Shown: positions 36,201-48,382 of the stretch, in pieces
Layout of the letters: the number at the start of each line of letters is the position of its first letter
Numbering within the stretch: position 1 is the first letter of the stretch
NCBI GenBank assembly: GCA_976226885.1
Contig: OZ320317.1
Location: forward strand, 11,780,001-11,844,000
Direction: 5' to 3'
Source of the DNA: Iphione sp. A-MEVVRFRX5
Lineage: Eukaryota
DNA: 64,000 nucleotides
Made by a program: the position numbers and the translations under genes
Notes under the pieces: generated by a model
Databases searched by the model: none
Seen by the model: the letters and a program-made list of their open reading frames with translations, nothing else
What the model was told of the DNA's origin: nothing

Positions 36201-39200
36201 AAAGTTTGCTGACCGTAGTCATGTCTCGAAGCATGGTGGTTTTGTGCTTCCACTAGGTGTCAGTGTGAAGGGGAACCTCCTTAGGAGACAACCCTCTCCA
36301 TTTCTAGTGTTGAAAAATATAATAATTTCTGCAGGTTTACTGTTATCCCTATAAATGTGACATCATTGTGTCCTAATTTCTTGATGAGTGTTGGTCAGTG
36401 GAGATCAGACACGAGATGCAGCAATACGTTTGATCTCAACTATATACGGAGGGACTAATGGGTAGATTTTACTGAGCTGTGGTCATTGAATCTCCAGCTA
36501 GTAGGGTGGTGAACAGAGCTGATAAGAGAGTCAGTCCTGTGATGTTTGAGCCAGCTTCACTCTGGTGAGAGGGAGTGTACTGATGAGGGAGAGGCTGCAC
36601 AGCAAGCCCATCTACACTTTATCTTAATGCGGATGATAGCTTATGATAGCAAGGAACACACGGTGGGCCAGTCTACCCCATCCTTGATTGATGGCTGATG
36701 ACTGGATGGACAGGAAATAGCAAGGAATACATGATGAGTTGCTTTATGCCTTATCTGGTGGATGACTAATGACTAGATGGGAGGGGGATAACAAGGAATG
36801 CACAGTGAGCCCATTTACACCAGTCCTGAGTCATGGCTGATGACTGGGTGGACAGGAAATAGCAAGGAATGCCTGATGAGCTGGTTTACACCTTATCTTG
36901 GTGATGGCTAATGACTAGATGGGAGGGGGATAACAAGGAATGCACAGTGAGCCCATTTACACCAGTCCTGAGTCATGGCTGATGACTGGGTGGACAGGAA
37001 ATAGCAAGGAATGCCTGATGAGCTGGTTTACACCTTATCTTGATGATGGCTAATGACTAGATGGGAGGGGGATAACAAGGAATGCACAGTGAGCCCATTT
37101 ACACCAGTCCTGAGTGATGGCTGATGACTGGATGGACAGGAAATAGCGAGGAACGCCTGACGAGCTGGTTTGCACCCTATCTTGGGGATGGCAAATGACT
37201 AGATGGGAGGGAGATAACAAGGAATGCACAGTGAGCCTGTTTACACTAGTCCTGATTGATGACTGATGACTGGGTGGACAGGAAATAGCAAGGAATACAT
37301 GACAAACTGGTTTACACCTTATCTTAGGGATGACTAATGACTAGATGGGAGGGGGATAACAAGGAATGCACAGTGAGCCCGTTTACACCAGTCCTGAGTG
37401 ATGACTGATGACTGGGTGGACAGGAAATAACAAGGAATGCCTGATGAGCTGGTTTGCACCTTATCTTGGTGATGGCTAATGACTAGATGGGAGGGGGATA
37501 ACAAGGAATGCACAGTGAGCCCGTTTACACCAGTCCTGAGTGATGGCTGATGACTGGGTGGACAGGAAATAGCAAGGAATACATGACAAGCTGGTTTACA
37601 CCTTATCTTAGGGATGACTAATGACTAAATGGGTGGGGGATAACAAGGAATGAACAATGAGCCTATTTACACTAGTCTTGATTGATGACTGATGACTGGG
37701 TGGGCAGGGATTTGTCCTGATTGATAGGTGATAGAGTAGGACGGGAGGGGATAGCGTTAAACACATGGTGAGCCCATCTACATTCTTCCTCGTTTAGCTG
37801 GGGAATATGGGACAGTCTCATGCATTGGGAGGGAAGGGGACAGCTCTTCCTGATTGAGTTATCCACTGTGCAGCTTTCAGTCGCACCTTCAGCTAGTTAT
37901 AACTCCTCATTTAGCTGGGGTTAATGGGACAGTCTCAAGCAGTGATTTACAATTTTCTGTTTTCTCATTTCCAAAGCCTTCACTGTCATTTTAGTTTTAT
38001 GGATATCCATTTCCATAGAAACGCTATTTTGTTCTTACTTGTGCAGAATGCTAAAACCAGAAATTTTACTTATAACGGTGGTTGCATAGAATTTTTTAAT
38101 ACTTTTTTAATACTAAATTGTACGGAAAAATATATTGGACACACGCTGGCTTGGGCTGACCTGTAGCTCCCTTGAATCCCACCAGTGGACGGGACTGCTG
38201 ATATAGTGGGGACTCAGATAAATACGGACCCACAGGGGAGACCAACTCAGGGGAGTGACCAAAATTGTCCAGTACCAAACTGTGATTCCACATGAATTAT
38301 CAACTCAGAGGGGAGACCAGCACAAGGGAAAGACCAAAATTGTCCAGTTCCAAACTAATTCCACATGAATTATCAACTCACAGGGGACACAAACACAAGG
38401 GAGAGTCCAAAATTGTCCTGTCCCCAGCTTGGTCTCCCATGTGAGTTTCCACTGTACAGGAGAAACTTACTTTGCGACCATATTGCTTTCCGACCAAAAC
38501 GACCATTACAACCATTTTGGGTCGGAACGGAATCAATTTCAGTACATTTCATATGAGTGATTATTGCTTTGCGACCATAATGCTTTCCGATCATATTCAG
38601 CCTGCGACCACACCTCCTAGGGTCGTTTTCTGTATATATTATTATTGCTTTGCGACCAAGCAGCCGACGCTGGAGAGGCAGTGGTTGCAGGCTTCAACTG
38701 CAACGTCTTTGATGGTCACTCACCCTGGAGAGGGTCAGCTGGCAGTGGTTGCAGGCTTCAACTGTGACGTCTTTAATGGTCTCTCACCCTGGAGGGGTAG
38801 GCTGGCAGTGGTCGCGCAGTGGTCGCGGGCTTCAACTGTGATGTCTTTGATGGTCTCTCACCCTGGAGGGGTAGGCCGGCAGTGGTCGCAGGCTTCAACT
38901 GTGACGTCTTTGATGGTCCTTTACCTCTTTGAGTCACTTTTAGTCATCAAATTAGGCACTTTTTGGACTTAAAGTCATCAAATTCAGCACTTTTTGGACG
39001 TTTCATATGTTAATAGAGAGAGAGGGAGAAAGGGATATTGTCTTCAGCCTAGACCCCCTACAGAATTGCTTTGCGACCATATTCGCTATTACAACCATTT
39101 TGGGCCGACCCGACTGGTGGTCGCAAAGTAAGGTTCTCCTGTACTCAGGTTGCAGCCTGTATTACCTGGGTGGTAAGAGATTGCAGCCTGTATTACCTGG

Positions 39201-42200
39201 GTGGTAAGAGATTGCAGCCTGTATTACCTGGATGGTAAGAGGTTGCAGTCTGTATTACCTGGATGGTAAGAGGTTGCAGCCTGTATAAGGCCCGGTTTCC
39301 TTACATGCGTTGGTCTGCGGCGAGGTGCGGCGGGCTATGCGTGCGTTTCCAGTGCGTTGGTCTGCATTGTGACTTCACCGCATGGCGACACACAGGGGTG
39401 CCCTTTGACAACCAGTGCGGGCCAGTGCGGACCAGTACGTTTTTTGACTGGAAAATATGGAAAATGGGCAAAACCCCCCCCCGAAAAACGGCAAATTTCA
39501 TGGAAATTGGCCCGATAAATGGCTAATTCCACGGAAATTCAGCTGAAAAACGGCAAATTTCATGGAAATTCGGCCGAAAAACGGCTGATTTCAAGGAAAT
39601 TCGGCCGAAAAACGGCAAAAATGTGCGGAAAAATTCGGGAAAAAAACGGCATTGTGCGGAAATGTGCGGATGTGTGCGGTAATCACCTTCAAAAAGTGAG
39701 TTAAAGTGAGTAAAAATGAGTAAATACCAGTGTGTTGCAGTGCGTTGCAGTGCGTTTGCAGCAAATTTACGGGAAGGGTCTGAAAACTAGCACCGCACTT
39801 CAACGCACAGTAATGCACACGGACGGCAACGCAGGTAAGGAAACACTCTCACTGATAACCTATAGAGCAATAATTATGTAATTCACCGCACTTCACCGCA
39901 CAGCAACGCACATGGACACCACCGCAGGTAAGGAAACCGGGGCTTACCTGGATGGTAAGAGGTTGCAGCCTGTATTACCTGGATGGTAAGAGGTTGCAGC
40001 CTGTATTACCTGGGTGGTAAGAGATTGCAGCCTGTATTACCTGGATGATAAGAGACTGGGAGGAGGTTTGACTTGCTTCTTAATTACAGTTAGGCCAGCG
40101 GTTCTCGGTGGCTGTGGAGGGACCATCTCGTGGTTACATCCTCGAAGTATTTGACGGTCACTTTGAACTTCCTAACCTCGGACCAATCGGTGAGGAATCC
40201 GGGCAGATTTATCTCATAACCCACCCCCAGAACAAATGCACTCCATTTAAGGGAGAAAACATCATGTAAACGGACTATTTTGCTATACCTGCTTATAGTT
40301 ACTTAGAATCTGACGAATGAAATTAGTTTCACCGTCAAGATTTATTATTTTTGGCTGCGTATATGTGTGTTCGTATTTGCAACTGACCCATCATGTGCCA
40401 TTGCTTTGCCATGCTACCCTGAATGTGGAATAATGTCTCACTATTTCGCCCCATACCCCCCACCCTCCCCCCTCCAATTTAAGGAGCCAATGGGCTAGCC
40501 AACCCTCGGGACTTTTTGACGCCCAAAGCCTGGTACGAAGACCGCCCCGTTCAGAACTACAAGATCATCAGCAAATACCAGGGGGCCCTCTTCCTGGCCC
40601 ACCAGGTAGGTGGGAAACGAGAGAAAACACAACTACCAGGTCGTACAATTCTAGGCTGACCTATCGCTCATAGTACTCGTGTATTTGTATGTACACATTG
40701 GGCCCTCATTTAGACCATAGTACATGTAATTTATTCTGCTGAAAGCTACCTACAGTTACAGTTGATGCTGGTGCATCGTGACAATAGATTCAGGAATTAA
40801 AAACAAAGAAAAGAAAACCATCTCTCAATTAGCCCACCTCTGCTGATAAAGGATATTCATACCGAGTTTCAATGGATGAATGAACACAAACAGATCCTTT
40901 TATGAGATAAGAAAGCACACCTGATGAGATATCCGTCCACCTTTGTTTCGGTTGAACAACTCTCTATGGTATGTTTTATTGATATCAACTCCTCTTTTGT
41001 AGGATCATTCCCCGTTCGATGTGGTGGCTTGGCATGGAAACTATGCCCCCTACAAGTACGACCTCAAGAACTTCATGGTGATCAACTCGGTGGCATTTGA
41101 TCACGCGGTAAGCATACCGCCCCCCCGCCCCCCCACCCCCCTGATAGTCTATAGTGTCTAATCCTAACCTGAGATTGAGTGTTAAGTCCTGTAAAGCTGA
41201 AATCGGCGGCGATGTCAATTGTCGTCTGCTGCCATCAATCATGAGCCGGTGGGCGGTTGACCGGCGGCTCCCAAACAAGACATGATACACATTCAATATT
41301 GACAACCCCTCGGATGTCAGCCTGCTAAGCAGTTGTCTCAATATTCGCTCTGTGCTGGTCTTGTCGGTGCCAGGACCCGTCCATCTTCACCGTGCTCACC
41401 TGCCAGTCGCTGCGGCCGGGCACCGCCATCGCCGACTTCGTCATCTTCCCGCCCCGCTGGAGCGTGTCGGAGCGCACCTTCCGCCCGCCCTACTACCACA
41501 GTAAGACTCGCTTCAATCAAAAAAAAGCATCTCACCACAATAATTTAGTACAATGTACATTTTTATTTTCATGTTTTTCAAGAAAAAAACGTACAGTAAA
41601 GATGGAGCAATAATGACTGACACGTCTTTCATTATTGTCTTTCAATAGTACCCTGCCTAAGTGTGTATTTATAACTAGCAATATACCCTGTCCCTTCGCA
41701 CGTTTGACCATTTTTACCACACCTGTTTACACTTATGTACAATTCCGCCTGAAAACCAGCCGCTGCCTGATACCGGATTTCCCTTTTATAGAAACTAACG
41801 ATCCCAAGACTGCAGGTTTTTTTTTTTTTTATACACTCAAACTTTTTCACCCGGAATATCTCTGTGTCCGAGAAAATCATCCAGACAAGGGCTTCTCTGG
41901 ACAAAATTAAACATTAAACTGGAGGAATATGATGAATTGTCCCTCGCACAGTCATCACGGTGATGATTCTGTTTCGCTGGATGAGGAGGTTTGCTTGTAT
42001 ACTGAAGGTGAGCGTTGTGTAGGCCAGCAGCGAAGTTGGTATTTCAGGGTTGTGGTATCTCCCTCAACAAATGTCAATGTCCATGATGCTTTAAGTTACC
42101 AGAAGTTTATATTCATATATCTCCTTTAACCCTTTTCCCTGATATTTCCAGAAGGTTCAGTTGTGATATACCCCCCCCCCCTCAACCCTTATCCGCAATG

Positions 42201-44933
42201 CTTTAGGTTCCAGAAGTTCTGGTTATGGTATCTTCCTCAATCCTAATCCCCGATGCTTGTAGACACAACTCTCGTTATGTTTGTACTCAGAGAGTTCGAT
42301 GTACAGTCAGACCTCATTAACCGGATGGTGTTCGTCACATCGATTTTTGTACAGATAGCAGATAATCTGGTTACCTAAACAGGAAAACATTAAATACATT
42401 CGTTCCTCAAGTTTAGTCTGGTTAATGAGGTCTTTTGGTTGTTCTGTCTTTGGATGGTGAGGTTTGACTCTATGCATATAATTTTGCTACTTCTGGTGAA
42501 TTATGTATTATATATGTGTGCTCCGAATTACCTTGTTTAAATATTTTTTGGTGACATGTTGGAAGTGCCCTCATCATTAATCATCACAGAATAATCTCTT
42601 GAGAACAGCTGAGCAAATATTTTATTTTGCTTTGGGTTTCAGGAAACTGTATGAGCGAGTTCATGGGTCTGATCCTTGGGAAGTATGAAGCCAAGGTAAG
42701 GATCTTACAATCTTGACCACTAGATTTGAATGATTACTATTGTTCCTTTATCCTTGAACAGGACAGTTAGTAATGCTGCCCGTCTGACCCTCTGACCTAC
42801 CTTGGTGTTTGTGGCCCTGTTAGCTCTAAAACCGAAGACACCAGGACTAGGAGAATGGGACTGACTGTTCCTTTCTGTGGATTTGTAGTGCTGCTTAATG
42901 TTGAAGATGCTAGCTAAAGAAACACAGGGTATTCACATTGTTACAGTGAGACTACCTAGATGTGACGTATGAACTGAACAAGCGCTCAGAGGGGTCAAAG
43001 CGGATCAAAGCTACTTGTAAAGCCAAAATTTTGTCTCCAGCAGGTTCCTTTTGCTACTAGATTGAGATGAATTGGGAACCTGGACCTAGTTAAGTTGTTA
43101 AATAGGTTTTATATATGTGTTTTCGTGTGTAGCTGAAGATTAATTCTTAATGTTGTTGCAGTATATTGATTCGTTGAGAAGGCACACCATCTACAGGGGA
43201 AACTTGCTTTGCGACCACCACTTGGGTCGGCCCAAAATGGTCGTAATTCTGAATATGGTCGCAAAGTGATTGTGTATGGGGGTCTGGGCTTGAAATCATA
43301 TCCCTTTCTCCCTCTCTCTTTATTAACATATGAAACGTCCAAAAAGTGCTGAATTTGATGACTTTAGGTCCAAAAAGTGCTGAATTTGATGACTTTAAGT
43401 CCAAAAAGTGCTGAATTTGATGACTAAAAGTGACTCAAAGAGGTAAGAGACCACTCTTGGGAGACCCTCTCCAGGGTGTGAGGAACATCAGAGACGTCCC
43501 CGTTGACGCCCGCGACCACCCCGGCCAACCCCTCCAGGGTGAGAGACCATCAAAGTCGTCGAAGTTAACGCCCGCGACCACTGCCGGCCAACCCCTCCAA
43601 GGTGTGAGGAACATCAGAGACGTCCCCGTTGACGCCCGCGACCACCCCTGCCAACCCCTCCAGGGTGAGAGACCATCAAAGTCGTCGAAGTTGACACCCA
43701 TTGACACAATCCACTGGCTGGGTGGTCGCAAAGTGATAGTAAAATATAATGAAAATGACCCTAAGATGAGTGGTCGTATGGTGAATTTGGTCGGAAAGCA
43801 ATATGGTCGCAAAGTGAGTTCCTCTCATGTAGGATATGTACTGAAAATAATTCCGTTCCGACCCAAAATGGTCGCAATAGTCGATTTGGTCGCAAAGTGA
43901 GGAGGTCGCAAAGTGAGTTTCTCCTGTATTGAGAAAATAAAACAAGTGGCCATACACATTGTGTGGAGAGACAATACGAACAAAAAGCGTTTTGTGTGTG
44001 ACCTGATAGTGTATAAATTCTTTACATACCTTTACCTGGACAGGAAGGTGGTTTTAACCCTGGAGGGGCCAGTCTCCACAGTTGCATGACCCCACACGGC
44101 CCTGACGCTGACTGCTTCGAGAAGGCTTCCCAAGGTGACCTCAAGGCACAGCGAATCGCAGACAACACACAGGTACGTTAGTGCACCATGTCCAGGGTAA
44201 AGACTGTGGCCAACGAGTGAACTTTAGTAACCGTGGCCACCTGTGTCTGCCCACTGGTACAAAGTCATGGTCACATTTCGCTGGTGAGTTCATGTATTCG
44301 ACTAATTTAATGTTGCCATGACTCAGATCACCTGTGAAGCAGTGGTGGTAAAATGCAGTGAATATAGTCTCTGTACATACATCTCACACACACAGAAGGA
44401 TTAACCCATGTTCATCTGGTATTTGCGTGTTGAATATTATCTGCACATTATGTTATCCCTATAGCCTTTACATGGGTTTAGTTTAATGTGCAGGTTCATT
44501 GTGTTTCATTGTGATGCCTTAGTTTCCATGTTAGTCGCTTTTGATGTCGGTGCTCTGTTGTACATTGCATACAGTGGTCCCCCCTTATCTGACATTTTTG
44601 GTTCCTTAAGATTTCAGTGGATATGTGAGATTTGTCAGATTAAGAAACATTTTCAATCAATTCTTTACCTTTGGTCCATAGAAACTCTGTCAGATAAGCA
44701 GTATTGTCGGTCATCGGTGGAAGGGGGACCACATGTATACAGAACATTCGCTTCAAATGCAACATTGAATGACTCTTTTGTCTTTCTTTTTTCAGGCTTT
44801 CATGTTTGAGTCCTCGCTGAGTATGCGGGTGACCACGTGGGGAAACGAAACATGTCAGAAGGTCGATCATGAATACTTCCAGTGCTGGCAGCCACTGAAG
44901 AAACATTTTGACCCAAACTGGAAGCAAACGTAA
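30295..44933 (+). CDS. HGD: Homogentisate 1,2-dioxygenase, 15 coding exons, 443 aa
   Basis: Exons 30295-30318, 32893-32964, 33407-33495, 34070-34175, 34369-34428, 34968-35059, 35477-35511, 35863-35942, 40090-40189, 40484-40605, 41003-41107, 41374-41500, 42643-42695, 44044-44172, 44796-44933. Hallmark peptides [74 protein letters not shown] and MTPHGPD; the Fe-ligand His/Glu/His are present. Exon 1 (aacATGG...GAG|gtaagg) is assigned by phase and splice signals only. Confidence 0.96.
33899..33990. repeat. Short tandem repeat with tagacagtttgtct core, 4 copies
   Basis: The core recurs at ~23-25 bp spacing. Confidence 0.7.
34481..34681. other. Assembly gap (run of N) in HGD intron 5
   Basis: Run of about 200 N following a (GT/GC)-type simple repeat. 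Confidence 0.99.
35154..35279. repeat. Long inverted repeat: 57-bp arms, 12-nt spacer, 3 mismatches
   Basis: Arm 35154-35210 is the reverse complement of 35223-35279; weaker pairing extends about 30 bp further out on each side. Confidence 0.9.
36640..37710. repeat. 142-bp satellite made of two related 71-bp subunits, about 7 copies
   Basis: (g/a)ctgatgactgg recurs every 142 bp from about 36693 to 37687. Each unit has two halves of the form gatgact...gga...aaggaat...tttacacc. Confidence 0.9.
38207..38454. mobile_element. Probable small Tigger-type MITE with internal ~75-bp repeats
   Basis: Right end catgtgagtttccactg|TA (CAGTGGAAACTCACATG on the other strand); degenerate left end TA|tagtggggactcagat. 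Internal accaaaattgtcc...ttccacatgaattatcaactca repeats. Confidence 0.5.
38457..39141. mobile_element. Tigger-type MITE (685 bp), copy A
   Basis: TA|CAGGAGAAACTTACTTTGCGACCA...TGGTCGCAAAGTAAGGTTCTCCTG|TA: 24-bp TIR with 1 mismatch and a TA TSD. Confidence 0.9.
39148..40055. repeat. 31-bp minisatellite interrupted by a MITE
   Basis: Unit gttgcagcctgtattacctgggtggtaagag, about 4 copies before 39289 and 3-4 copies after 39943. Confidence 0.9.
39289..39943. mobile_element. PIF/Harbinger-type MITE (655 bp), related to 6209-6754, opposite orientation
   Basis: TAA|GGCCCGGTTTCCTTACATGCGTTGGT...ACCACCGCAGGTAAGGAAACCGGGGC|TTA: 26-bp TIR with 3 mismatches, inserted at the TTA of a minisatellite unit. 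Confidence 0.88.
43194..43926. mobile_element. Tigger-type MITE (733 bp), copy B, inverted relative to copy A
   Basis: TA|CAGGGGAAACTTGCTTTGCGACC...GGTCGCAAAGTGAGTTTCTCCTG|TA. The reverse complement of 43194-43370 aligns closely with about 38970-39141. Contains 31-bp and ~60-bp internal repeats. Confidence 0.9.
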
Positions 44934-45553
44934 GCTCTCGTGTGAATAAGTCAATTGTAGATACCTTTTATTCAAGGGGAAGACTCCTCACATTTACTTT
45001 TTTCTAGGGATTAAAAACATTATTCACGAGGCCTGTATCACTCTGTTTCTTGGGAAATCGTGTTTTTCTGTATTTAATCCCACCCTTCTTTTGCGTGAGG
45101 TAGCGTACCTACATCGTATAGTTTGAAAACGTTTAATTCCACCCGATATATGATCACCTTTCTTCATCTCAAGCGAAAGGTTAATACTTGATGGGGAGAC
45201 CAAAGTTTACCACTGCTACATTTTCCAGTGAAAGAAATAGGAAGCAGAATCGCTTTTTACTATCAGTCATGAAGACCTGAATTATCATGTTACAGGACCT
45301 GTGCTTGAGCCCTAGTTGATTATGATTGACATGCGCCGGTACATTGCATAGATGATGCAAACAAAAAAATGTTGGCTATGATCCAAAAACTTCAAGTGTT
45401 GATAAGTATTTGTTTTCCTTATAATCTTGCACTGGTATAATCTTGCACGGGTCAAGGTATTTGCAAAAGTACCTGTGGTGATCCAATCCTTCCATCTTAG
45501 TTTGGTGCAGTACAGATCAGTTTATGTTCTGTTTTATCTCTATCCTGTGCTAG

Positions 45554-45608
45554 AGATGGGGAATCAGCTAATGGAGAATCTCCAAAGAAGAAAGTGAAGA
45601 GAAACTAG
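45554..45608 (+). CDS. HGD: Probable additional terminal coding exon of HGD encoding (T)DGESANGESPKKKVKRN*
   Basis: Donor AAC|GTAAGC at 44929/44930 overlaps the default stop. Acceptor tttatctctatcctgtgctag|A at 45554 is phase-compatible (phase 2). The frame is open to TAG at 45606-45608, followed by a second strong donor CAG|GTAAGC at 45614/45615. Confidence 0.65.
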
Positions 45609-45621
45609 AATCAGGTAAGCA

Positions 45622-45820
45622 ATATCCATGGTTAATCAACAAGACATTGCTGCTGTTTTTCATTTATAACACCAATGATAAAAAGGTATCTGCACTTAAC
45701 CAACATGATAATATTGCTGTTTTTAATTTATACCCACCAATAATGATAAGGTATCCATGGTCAATCAACAAGATAATGCTGCTGTTTTCAATTTACAACA
45801 CCAGTAATAATAAGGTATGA
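45622..45820. repeat. ~63-bp tandem repeat, 3 copies
   Basis: tatccatggttaatcaacaag..attgctgctgtttt.attta.aacacca.t.at.ataaggta recurs. Confidence 0.75.
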
Positions 45821-47231
45821 CAGTTTATTCTCTCTGATTATTAATGAGGACTCACTTTCTTCCCCTTCCATTACCTCTAACCGCCCAATTTATCTGCCAG
45901 TCTGTCTGCTGATCTGTCTTTTTCTCAGGACAGCCTACAGCCTATCTTTGGTGCCATACTGATAACTTGTTTGTTAATTATATTATTACCTCTCACAGAA
46001 TAGGAAGTTAAAGGTTGATTAGGGGTTATATAAACACAAACAGTTTTATATATGAATACTTTTTACATGTTTCTCTTGCCTGAGCCTAGGCCTGGGTCTG
46101 ACAATAACCACCATTCCATACCCTTACTCATCTGTTTATCATCTGGATCCTTGTATAATAATTATGGGAAAATATTCATTTCAAGCACTGGACTATGGAC
46201 CTTTACACATGGACCCAATCACAAGGATTAGGCCCAGTTGATTGTTATAATACCGTCTTTTCCTCTACAAACATATCCTTAGTCTGTTTTCTTAATTGAC
46301 CAATCACTGTGTATCTGCAAAACACGCGACACCGTCCAATGACAGATAGTAATTAATCAAGACCATATCTTAATAAGGAAGAAGTTATCTTAATAACCAT
46401 TTGTATCATTTAGACAGACACCCACTAGTATCTGCAACTACAGAAACTAGAATTAGGAAAATTTCTAATTGCTATGGGTCACCATGGGATGTAAATTGAA
46501 GACAACATCACATGACCTATCACAATGGGTGGCAGTTATGAATGGAACTTTTCAGTGCCATTAGTCAAGGTAGCACTAGCAGGACACAGTCAACCACAGC
46601 CTCGTATATCGACATCATAATAAGGAAGAAAATGAGCCAAAACATGGCTTAAGGATTCCATGGCCATGTAAAGTTTTGCTGTGGATTTGTGGTAAAAAGT
46701 ACTGAGAGTCCGCATATCAATGTAAACACTATCGTTTGTGATGTCCAGTGCTTCATGGATACATGGTGACCAGTAAGTTGGACACATGAAATATATATAT
46801 TATATGAATAAATGTTATGAGATACACAACAGAATCTTAGTTTTGATATGGACAGAGACATTCTAATGTTGAGGAATTACATGATATAGGGGCATGCCAT
46901 TAAATTAATAACAAACATTTGTATGATGAGCCTGATGTATGAAGTAGTTTGTGTGTGTTAAAATATTAGATGCCGAAATGATAACCCAGTAAGGATGCAT
47001 GATAGGCCCCTCTTCAAGGCCCCAAATAGGAAAAAAACAGATAAAATTGATTTCATTAGAGCACCTGAATTCTTAGTAAGCTTCTCAGTCATTTTCACCT
47101 CATCAGCACCAGGCATCATGAATATCTTGCATACCAAGTGGAAACTACCTGGGTATGATCTATGTACAAGACCTCCATACTCATACAAATTGTGGCAGTG
47201 CTTGCAAAGTCTTTGATGTGAAAAAGCCATG

Positions 47232-48130
47232 AAATTATCATTTCCACTGCCACCTCTGCAATGTCTGCCACTTGCTTCGTCTCCCCTCCCAATGGCCAGG
47301 TGAAATTACCACTGCCTCTGCCTCCTCCGCTATCGCCTGTATGACATCTGCCACTTGCTTCATCTGCCCTCCCCATGGCCAAGTTAAACTAACACTGCCT
47401 GTGGCTCCTCCACTGCTACCTCTGCAATGTCTGCCACTTGCTTCATCCCCCCCCCCCAATGGCCAGGTGAAATTACCACTGCCTCTGCCTCCTCCACTAT
47501 CACCTCTCTGACATCTGCCACTTGCTTCATCTGCCCTCCCCATGGCCAAGTTAAACTACCACTGCCTCTGCCTGCTCCGCTATCACCTCTATGACATTGG
47601 CCACTTGCTTCATCCCCCCCCCTCCCCATGGCCAAGTTAAACTAACACTGCCCGTGGCTCCTCCTCCACTGCTACCTCTGCAATGTCTGCCACTTGCTTC
47701 ATCCCCCCCCCCCCCCAATGGCCAAGTTAAACTACCACTGCCTCTGCCTGCTCCGCTATCACCTCTCTGACATTGGCCACTTGCTTCATCTCCCCTCCCC
47801 ATGGCCAAGTTAAACTATCACTGCCTGTGGCTCCTCCACTGCTACCTCTGCAATGTCTGCCACTTGCTTCATGCCCCCCCCATGACCAGGTGAAACTACC
47901 ACTGCCTCTGCCTCCTCCGCTACCGCCTCTATGACATCTGCCACTTGCTTCATCTCCCCTCCCCATGGCCAGGTGAAACTACCACTGCCTCTGCCTCCTC
48001 CACTGCCACCTGTGCGATGTCTACCACTCTATTCATTTCCTCTCGTCATGGCCAGGGGAAACTATCACTGCCTGTGGCTCCTCCACTGCTACCTCTTCGA
48101 TGTCTGCCTCTCACTTCATCCCCCCCTCCC
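47232..48130. repeat. ~83-84-bp minisatellite, about 10 copies
   Basis: tgccacttgcttcatc...ccccatggcca.gt.aaacta.cactgcct recurs at about 47266, 47349, 47432, 47516 and onward. Confidence 0.92.
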
Positions 48131-48304
48131 CATTGCCAGGTGAATCTACCACTGCCACCACCAACACCCTTGCTATGTGCCCTCCCCCCCAGAGAGCATC
48201 TACTTGTAGGCTCTTTACCTCCCACATGGCAAAACTACTGCCACTACCTTCACTTCCACCTTCGCTGCCACCTCCACTGCATCTACCCTGACATAATCCC
48301 GCAT

Positions 48305-48308
<4 letters not shown>

Positions 48309-48378
<70 letters not shown>

Positions 48379-48382
48379 TCAC
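48309..48382. repeat. (CT)n microsatellite
   Basis: Long tctctc run. Confidence 0.95.

Noticed and set aside
39148-40055. Regular short repeats resembling a CRISPR array (also 55665-55975 and 53696-53962)
   Set aside because: Units are head-to-tail without unique spacers, the context is eukaryotic and no cas genes are present.
43430-43957. 156-aa and 125-aa ORFs with internal repeats
   Set aside because: They lie wholly within the internal tandem repeats of MITE copy B; similar ORFs at 38472-38972 lie in copy A.
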